DNA from: an uncultured Actinomycetes bacterium
GTDB lineage: Bacteria > Actinomycetota > Thermoleophilia > Gaiellales > Gaiellaceae
Direction of reading: 5' to 3'
DNA: 64,000 bases
NCBI GenBank assembly: GCA_963733855.1
Contig: CAVTEL010000011.1
Location: 31,691 to 95,690, forward strand
Positions within the stretch are counted from its first letter, which is position 1. The number at the start of each line of letters is the position of its first letter. Under the pieces are notes generated by a model. That model worked only from the letters and a program-made list of their open reading frames with translations. It was not told the origin of the DNA and did no database searches. This document shows, one piece after another, positions 57,529 through 64,000 of the stretch. The position numbers and the translations under genes were made by a program.

Positions 57529-58672
57529 CGGTGTCTACGATCGCCCGGTGGACACGCCGTACTGGCTGGACGAGCCCGTCGAGCCCCTGGGCGGCAAGCG
57601 CCACGACGATCCTGTCGACGCCGCGATCGTCGGTGGGGGCGTCACGGGTTGCTCCTGCGCGCTCACACTGGCTGAGGCCGGCATGCGTGTTCGGCTGTAC
57701 GAGGCGCGCACGATCGCCTCCGGCGCCAGCGGGCGGAACGGCGGCTTTGCTCTCCGTGGCGGCGCCATGCGCTACGACGCCGCACGGGCGACGTTCGGAC
57801 CGGAGCGCGCAACAGCGTTCTGGCGACTGACCGAGCGTGCGCTCGATCGGATGGCCGAGCTCGCCGGCGACGCGTTTCGGCGCGTCGGCAGCCTCCGGCT
57901 GGCCGCAGACAAAGAAGAGAGAGACGAGCTGCGAGCGGAGTACGACGCGTTGCTCGCGGACGGCTTCGCGGCGGAATGGGTCGACGAACTGCCCGAGCGG
58001 CTCTCCGGCACCTACCTGGCCGCGATCCTCCAGCAGGACGACGGGGCGCTTCAACCTGGGCGCTGGGTCCGGCGCCTGGCTTCCCGGGCCGGCGAGGCCG
58101 GAGTGGAGATCCGTGAGGGCGCACGCGTCGCGTCCCTGGACGAGCTCGAAGCCGAGCACGTGGTGATCGCCTCGGACGGCTACCCGAGCGGCCTCGTCGC
58201 GGAGCTCGACCAAGTCGTGCAGCCCACGCGTGGCCAGGTCGTCTCGACCGAGCCGCTGCCCGAGCTCCTGTACGAGCGACCGCACTACGCGCGGCGGGGG
58301 TTCGATTACTGGCAGCAGCTGCCGGACGGCCGGCTCGTCGTCGGCGGTCGGCGCGACGTCACGCTCGAGGCCGAGTTCACGGCGGACGAGGTGACGACCG
58401 AGCCCGTCCAGGCTGCACTCGAGTCGTTCCTTCGAGACCTCGTCGGGTACCTGCCCGCGATCACCCACCGCTGGTCCGGGATCTTCGGTACCTCGCCCGA
58501 CGACCGTCCGCTCGTGGGCGCGGTTCCCGGGCGCGACCGCGTGTGGGTCGCCCGTGGCTACTCGGGCCACGGAAACGTGCTCGGGCTCGCATGCGGCGAG
58601 CTCGTCGCGAAAGCGATTCTCGGCCGGCGCGAGCCCGAGCTCGAGCTGTTCGATCCTTCTCGGCTTCTCTAG
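57506..58672 (+). CDS. FAD-dependent oxidoreductase (DAO family)
   Basis: 388-aa [16 protein letters not shown] dinucleotide motif, SGRNGG, C-terminal GYSGHG. Start uncertain. Confidence 0.8.
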   Translation: MCTGRCDDGVYDRPVDTPYWLDEPVEPLGGKRHDDPVDAAIVGGGVTGCSCALTLAEAGMRVRLYEARTIASGASGRNGGFALRGGAMRYDAARATFGPERATAFWRLTERALDRMAELAGDAFRRVGSLRLAADKEERDELRAEYDALLADGFAAEWVDELPERLSGTYLAAILQQDDGALQPGRWVRRLASRAGEAGVEIREGARVASLDELEAEHVVIASDGYPSGLVAELDQVVQPTRGQVVSTEPLPELLYERPHYARRGFDYWQQLPDGRLVVGGRRDVTLEAEFTADEVTTEPVQAALESFLRDLVGYLPAITHRWSGIFGTSPDDRPLVGAVPGRDRVWVARGYSGHGNVLGLACGELVAKAILGRREPELELFDPSRLL

Positions 58673-59039
58673 CCCTGTTCCGGCGCCGGCGCGTTCTCGT
58701 CGTTCTGCCAGATCGAGAACGAGTTGCCTTCGGTGTCCTTGGCATGGGCGAACCAGCCCATGCCCGGGCACGGGGCTCTTCTCCTCCACCGAGCCCCCAG
58801 CTGCTGCAGCCTTCTCGCGTGCTGCGTCGATGATCCTCGACGGCGAAGTAGACGGTGAGGCCGCTCTGACCATCTCGCGGCATGAGGCCGCCGCCGGACT
58901 GCTGATCGTCGTTCGAGAACATGTAGTACTCGACCGGCCCGTCGTAGCTCTGCAAATCGATGCCGAACAAGCCCGACCAGAACTCCTTGGCGCGACTCGT
59001 GTCGTCAGCGGGAATCTCGAAATGCACGACCTTGCTCAT
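58669..59039 (-). CDS. VOC/glyoxalase family protein, two apparent frameshifts
   Basis: MSKVVHFEIPADD..AKEFWSGLFG.., then ..IIDAAREKAAAAGGSVEEKSPVPG.. and ..MGWFAHAKDTEGNSFSIWQNDENA in other frames. Joins near 58830 and 58755. Confidence 0.7.
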
Positions 59040-59187
59040 CCGCTTCCTCCCTTCTCGACCACCCAGCCGATATCGATTTCTTGGACGTCCGAGAAGCTAC
59101 CGTCGCTAGGCCCCGCCCGGAAGCGGTTCACCACCTCAATACCGATCGCGCGGGATCCCAGAAGTCAGGGAAGATTCGCGAGCCGGC

Positions 59188-60129
59188 TTAGAGGTCGATC
59201 ATCGGCAAGTCCAGCTCGTCAGTGCGCTCCATCGCCGTGAGAGCGACCGCGAGGTCCTGAATCGCGAGGCCGGTCGAGTCGAAGATCGTGATGTCGTCAC
59301 TCGACTGCCGCCCGGCCGCTGTCCCAGTGAGTACGTCACCAAGCTGCGTCACGTCCTTCCGACCAAGCGCGCCTGCCTCGACCGCGTGGGCGAGATCACC
59401 GTTGTGGCTTGCCTGCTCCCAGTCGTCGCAGAAGATCCGGACTCGGGCCAGCTCGCCGATCGTGATCTCGGACTTTCCCGGCCCGTCCGCGCCCATCAGG
59501 CTCGCGTGCTGCCCCGGCCGGAGACTCCCGTCGGGAAAGACCACCTCGTGGCCAGGCGTCACCGTCACGACGAGATCCGCGCTCAACGCCTCCTCGGCGC
59601 TCGCCGCCACCCGGCCGCCAACCTCCTCGGCAGTCGCCCTGGCTCGCCCGGCGTCCACGTCCCACACGATCACGTCCCGGCCACGGGCGACGAAGGTCCG
59701 CGCGACCGCCCTTCCGTTCACGCCGGCGCCGATCACCGCGGCAGTCCCCGCATCCGGCCGTCCCAGCGTCTCGGCCGCGAGCACTGCGGCCGCGCCGGTC
59801 CGCAGCGCCGTCACCGCCCCCGCTTCGAGGACGGCGACGGGCATCCCGTTCGACGCGTCCGACAGCAAGACGAGCCCAGCTACCGTCGGCAGCCCCAACG
59901 CGGGATTCCCCGGAAAAGACGTGACCCATTTCAGGAGCGCGAGACCAGCGCCGAGGGCCGGCATCGCCCGAAAGTCCCCGGCCGGGTACGCAGGCACGTA
60001 GACCTTCGGCGGCATCGACCACTCGCCTCGCGCATACGCCACAAAAGCGTCCCGGACAACGTCGACCGCCCGCGCGGGAGGCACCGCGGCCTCGACCACC
60101 GCCGCGCCGAACACGGGAACCGGGGTCAA
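59188..60129 (-). CDS. ornithine cyclodeaminase/mu-crystallin family protein
   Basis: C-terminal 313 aa of ORF 59188..60858. Rossmann VIGAGVNGRAVA. TTGA overlap with the pntB stop. Confidence 0.85.
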   Translation of the reverse strand: MTPVPVFGAAVVEAAVPPARAVDVVRDAFVAYARGEWSMPPKVYVPAYPAGDFRAMPALGAGLALLKWVTSFPGNPALGLPTVAGLVLLSDASNGMPVAVLEAGAVTALRTGAAAVLAAETLGRPDAGTAAVIGAGVNGRAVARTFVARGRDVIVWDVDAGRARATAEEVGGRVAASAEEALSADLVVTVTPGHEVVFPDGSLRPGQHASLMGADGPGKSEITIGELARVRIFCDDWEQASHNGDLAHAVEAGALGRKDVTQLGDVLTGTAAGRQSSDDITIFDSTGLAIQDLAVALTAMERTDELDLPMIDL

Positions 60130-61523
60130 ACGGCCTTCAGCGACGTGACAAGCTTCTCCAGCGCCGCCTTCGCGTCGTCGAAGAGCATCACGGTCTTCGG
60201 GTCGTAGAACAGCGGGTTGTCGACGCCTGCGAACCCCGGCGAGAGGCTGCGCTTGATCACGACGACGTTGTGCGCGCGGTCGACGTCGAGGATCGGCATC
60301 CCGTAGATCGGGTTCCCGGGCGAGTTCCGCGCCGCCGGATTGACCACGTCGTTGGCGCCGACGACGACGACGACGTCCGTCTGGGGAAACTCGGGGTTGA
60401 TCTCCTCCATCTCGAAGAGCTCGTCGTACGGGACGTTGGCCTCGGCGAGCAGCACGTTCATGTGCCCCGGCATCCGTCCGGCCACCGGATGGATCGCGTA
60501 GCGGACGTCGACGCCCTTGTCCTCCAGCAGGTCGCCGAGGTTGCGGACGTCGTGCTGCGCCTGCGCGACCGCGAGCCCGTAGCCCGGGACGAAGACGACG
60601 CGACGCGCATAGGCGAGCATGAAGGCGATGTCGTCGGCGAGACGCGGTCCGGACCGACCCGTCGCCGTCGACGGCCGCGACTGCTGCGCCCGCGCCCTCG
60701 GGCGCTGCGCCGAATGCGCCGAACAGCGTCAGCCGCAGCGGCCGTCCCATCGCCTTGCCCATCAGGATGGTCAGCAGCGTTCCCGAGGCGCCGACGAGCG
60801 TCCCGCCGATGATCAGCGCCGTGTTGTCGAGCACGAAGCCCGTCGAGGCGGCCGCCAAGCCCGGTGAACGCGTTCAGGAGCGAGATCACGACCGGCATGT
60901 CGGCGCCGCCGATCGGCAGCACGAAGAGGAAGCCGAAGATCATCGCCCCGAGCATCAGCATGGCAAGCCAGATCCCCTGCTCGGTGACCGCCGTGAGCGC
61001 GATCGCGCCGAGCAGCGTCAGCGCCAGGATCGCAGTCGTGAGGTTCTGTGCCGGCGCGAGGATCGGCCGGCCGGGGACGAGCTCCTGCAGCTTCCCGAAC
61101 GCCACGAGGCTCCCCCAGAAGCTGATGGAGCCGACGACGGCCGAGAACAGGATCCCGATGAGCAGCTCCCCCGGGAGGCGGCCCGGGTCGCCCGCGGTGC
61201 GGTGGTACTCGGCCGCTGCGATCAGCGCTGCCGCTCCGCCGCCGACGCCGTTGAAGAGCGCCACCATCTGCGGCATCGCGGTCATTCGCACCGCCCGCGC
61301 CGGAGCGACGCCGATCACGGTCGCCGATCGCCATCCCGGCGACGATCAGCCAGTAGCGCTCGAGCCCCTCGATCGCGAACGTGAAGCCGACCGCGATGGC
61401 CATTCCCGCTGCGGCGATGTGGTTCCCCGAGCGGGCCGTTCGCGGATGAGACAGCCGCTTGATCCCGATGACGAGGCAGATCGCCGCCACGAGGTAGGCG
61501 ACGTCGATCCAGGTCCTACTCAC
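60126..61523 (-). CDS. pntB: NAD(P) transhydrogenase subunit beta, about four apparent frameshifts
   Basis: Polytopic N-part spread over ORFs 60813..61523, 60458..61318 and 59188..60858. dIII domain in ORF 60126..60620 (VPGYGLAVAQAQH, HPVAGRMPGHMNVLLAEA, VVVGANDVVNPAA). Confidence 0.85.
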
Positions 61524-61824
61524 GCTGTTCCGTGTCCTCGTCCGGCCGGCGCTTGAACATCTCCAGCATCCGGTCGGTCACGAGGAAGCCGCCGACGATG
61601 TTGATCGTGCCGAAGACGACGGCGACGAACCCGAACACCTGCTCCAGCGTCGAGTCGGCCGTGCCCACGATCAACATCGCCCCGATCAGGACGATCCCGT
61701 GGATCGCGTTCGTGCCGGACATCAGCGGCGTGTGCAGCATCGTCGGCACCTTCGAGATCAGCTCGAAGCCGAGGAAGACCGCGAGCGCGAAGATCGTCAG
61801 CTCGGCGACGAGCTGCGTGCTCAC
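61516..61824 (-). CDS. pntA: NAD(P) transhydrogenase subunit alpha part 2 (membrane)
   Basis: GTG 61824 (GTGA overlap with alpha part 1). ..LTIFALAVFLGFELISKVPTMLHTPLMSGTNAIHGIV... Confidence 0.8.
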   Translation of the reverse strand: MSTQLVAELTIFALAVFLGFELISKVPTMLHTPLMSGTNAIHGIVLIGAMLIVGTADSTLEQVFGFVAVVFGTINIVGGFLVTDRMLEMFKRRPDEDTEQRE

Positions 61825-62923
61825 GCCGGTACTTCCTCGCGCCGCGTCACGCATGCGCCGGCGGTGATCTCGTCGTCCCAGTCGAGGTTGAGCTCGCCGT
61901 CCGGCGCGAGATGCGTCAGCAGCGCCTGGACATTTCGCGCATAGAGCTGGCTCGCGTGCACAGGGACCGTCGCCGGGCAGATTCGTGTGGCCGACGATCG
62001 TCACGCCGTTCCGCTCGACTTCCTCGCCCGGCTCGGTCAGCTCGCAGTTTCCGCCCGCCTCGGCGGCGAGGTCGACGATCACCGACCCCTCGCGCATCGC
62101 CTCGACCGCGGAGGCCGGGATCAGCTTCGGCGCCGGCCGGCCGGGGATCAGCGCCGTGGTGACGACGACGTCGAAGTCGGCCGATGCGCCGCTCCAGCTC
62201 GGCCTGCTGGCGGCGTTGCTCCTCGTCGCTCAGCTCGCGTCGCGTACCCGCCGGACGTCTCCTCGCCGACGACGCCGAGGTCGAGGAACGTCGCGCCAAG
62301 GCTCTCGACCTGCTCGCGCACAACCGGGCGCACGTCGAAGCCGGACACGACCGCGCCGAGCCGGCGAGCCGTCGCGATGGCCTGCAGCCCCGCGACTCCG
62401 GCCCCGACCACGAGCACCTTCGCAGGCGGAACCGTGCCTGCCGCGGTCATCAGCATCGGGAAGAACCTCGGCAGCCGGTCGGCGGCGAGCAGCACCGCCT
62501 TGTAGCCAGACACGGTGGCCTGCGAGGAGAGCGCGTCCATCGGCTGCGCGCGCGTGATTCGCGGGATCGACTCGAGCGCGAAGCCGATGACGCCGCGCCG
62601 TGCCAGCCGCTCGATGCCGTCCGGATCGGTCAGCGGCTGGAGGAACGCGATCAGGATCGAGCCCTCGGGGAGCCGCTCGACCTCCTCGGCCGACGGCTTC
62701 TGCACCTTCACGACGCCCTCCGCGTCGGTGAAGAGCTCCCCGAGCGCCGACGACGCGTGCCCCCGCCTCCCGGTACTCCGAGTCCGAGAAGCGTCGCGCC
62801 CTCGCCGGCTCCCTGCTCGACCGCAACCTCGAACCCGCCCGCTGCGAGCTTCTCGACGATCTCTGGGACGAGCGCGACGCGGCGCTCCCCCGGCGCTGTC
62901 TCTTTCGGAACGGCGACCCTCAC
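61821..62923 (-). CDS. pntA: NAD(P) transhydrogenase subunit alpha part 1 (alanine dehydrogenase/PNT fold), at least four apparent frameshifts
   Basis: VAVPKETAPGERRVALVP, VLVVGAGVAGLQAIATARRLGA, ..GSVIVDLAAEAGGNCE.., spread over ORFs 62708..63013, 62230..62826, 62148..62711, 61916..62323, 61516..62097 and an unlisted frame. Confidence 0.8.
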
Positions 62924-62948
62924 TGGCGGAGGAATCCTACGGGCGCTC

Positions 62949-63105
62949 TTGAACGAGCCACGCGTGGTGCTGACTGCGCTGTCGCGCCCCATCGAGGCGA
63001 GCGATCCGTTCACGCGCGGCCATTCGGCCCGCGTGAGCGCGATCGCAGAGGTGATCGCGCGGAGGCTGAGCCGAAGGCGACTGCGCCGAGATCCGCGCCG
63101 CCTAG
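62949..63105 (+). pseudogene. truncated HD-GYP/HD-domain gene fragment
   Basis: LLNEPRVVLTALSRPIEASDPFTRGHSARVSAIAEVIARRL.. (end of ORF 62184..63128), then with a 1-nt shift ..EGDCAEIRAA*. The fragment ends before the HD metal-binding motif, directly at repeat copy B. Confidence 0.5.
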
Positions 63106-63107
63106 GC

Positions 63108-63184
63108 TTAGTAACACAGTGTTACTAGTCCCTCGAGCCGCTCGGTCAGCCGCCGCGCGCGGCTTGTAACACAGTGTTACTTGG
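63108..63184. repeat. paired-palindrome repeat element, copy B
   Basis: TAGTAACACAGTGTTACTA (19-bp palindrome, 63109-63127) and CTTGTAACACAGTGTTACTTGG (63163-63184) flank a GC-rich spacer. Ends 2 nt from the stop of the dehydrogenase gene. Confidence 0.75.
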
Positions 63185-63186
63185 CC

Positions 63187-64000
63187 TCAGAGCGATGACC
63201 AGACGTCGAGTTTCTGCTTCGCCCGGCGGATCACCTCGTCCGTGAACTCGCTCGTCGACGAGTGGCCGCTGAGGTCGGCCGTCCGGATCCCGTCCGCGAC
63301 CGCCTCGAGCGCGCCCTCGCGGATCGCCCGGCCCGCCTGCTGCGCCTGCTCCTCGCCGTAGCCGAGCAATGCCGCGGCCGCGAGGATCATCGCCATCGGG
63401 TTGGCGACGTTCTTGCCCTGGAGCGCGGGCGCGGTCCCGTGGGCAGCCTCGGCCATCACCGCGTCGGGCACGTAGTCGTCGTCGAAAGCCACGAGCAGCG
63501 ACTCGGCGCCGGCGATCGAGCCGAAGAGCGGCAGCACGAGGTCCGAGAGCACGTCTCCGTCACGGTTCAGCGTCGGGATCACGAGCGGCGCCCCGCTGGA
63601 CGTGACGAGGTAGGCGAAGGTCGCGTCGATCAGCTGCGGCTCGTACGGCACGTCCGGATGCCGCTCGGCCGCCGCATCCATCTCCTCCTTCAGCATCCCT
63701 TCGTAGACCGGGCTGACCGTGTACTTCGGCCCGCCGAACACCTTGGCGCTCGTCCGGTCGGCGAGCCGGAACGCAAACTCGGCGACCGAGCGGCAGATGC
63801 GCCGTTCGATGCGCTCGGTCCGGAACGCGACCTCCTCCTCGCCGTCGCCTTCGCGCCACTCCTTCGCGCCGTACGCGTCGCCGACCGCCATGCGCACGAC
63901 CGAGATCGGCGCGTGGACACCGCCCAGAGGGACCACGCCGGGAATGCGCCGGCCGGTCCGGACGATCACCTTTCCGCCGATCTCCTCCCGGATGAGCCGG
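63187..64000 (-). CDS. isocitrate/isopropylmalate dehydrogenase family protein (5' end outside window)
   Basis: ORF 63187..63969 continues in frame to the window edge. NRDGDVLSDLV, GSIAGAES, AHGTAPALQGKNVANPMAMILAAA. Confidence 0.85.
   Translation of the reverse strand, partial: RLIREEIGGKVIVRTGRRIPGVVPLGGVHAPISVVRMAVGDAYGAKEWREGDGEEEVAFRTERIERRICRSVAEFAFRLADRTSAKVFGGPKYTVSPVYEGMLKEEMDAAAERHPDVPYEPQLIDATFAYLVTSSGAPLVIPTLNRDGDVLSDLVLPLFGSIAGAESLLVAFDDDYVPDAVMAEAAHGTAPALQGKNVANPMAMILAAAALLGYGEEQAQQAGRAIREGALEAVADGIRTADLSGHSSTSEFTDEVIRRAKQKLDVWSSL

Noticed and set aside
59042-59126. 8-bp inverted repeat CCGCTTCC...GGAAGCGG, 70 nt apart, in the VOC-OCD intergenic region.
   Set aside because: The spacing is too long and the arms too short to argue for a specific structure.

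Overview
High-GC (roughly 70%) bacterial chromosomal segment. Gene content and order look like a core genome of an Actinomycetota-like organism; a Thermoleophilia/Rubrobacteria-type lineage is my guess, not a result. The backbone is housekeeping: mfd, mazG-eno, pyk, ftsB, cytochrome c maturation genes (tlpA-ccmH-ccdA), recG-rsmD-coaD, yceD, rpmF, acpP-rnc-smc, ftsY, ffh-rpsP-KH-rimM-trmD-lepB-rplS-rnhB-yraN-comM-dprA, and pntAA-pntAB-pntB. Many genes are joined by 4-nt ATGA/GTGA/TTGA overlaps. I saw no rRNA, tRNA, CRISPR array, transposase or prophage genes. Main observations: (1) a 7Fe ferredoxin (fdxA) is interrupted by a ~312-aa LAGLIDADG intein inserted inside its CxxCxxCxxxCP iron-sulfur motif; (2) a ~5.4-kb gene encodes a giant secreted protein (VWA domain, 11 tandem ~100-aa repeats, DUF11-like end) and is the only clearly accessory island; (3) a paired-palindrome repeat element (core GTAACACAGTGTTAC) occurs at two loci, once directly against a truncated HD-GYP gene; (4) a dodecin gene sits with small dodecin-like paralogues downstream of a cyclase-STAND-TPR gene; (5) the leader of an ABC-F ATPase gene has a 4-codon uORF and a hairpin reaching into the SD; (6) a GAAC-N4-GTTC (LexA-type) box lies upstream of a radical-SAM gene; (7) an orphan DNA methyltransferase is inserted in the yraN-comM block. 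Caveat: by manual frame joining, about 45-55 reading-frame breaks interrupt otherwise well-conserved genes, including pyk, recG, coaD, smc, trmD and pntAB. These are most likely indel errors in the sequence rather than real pseudogenes. Coordinates of the affected genes are reconstructed by eye and are approximate.
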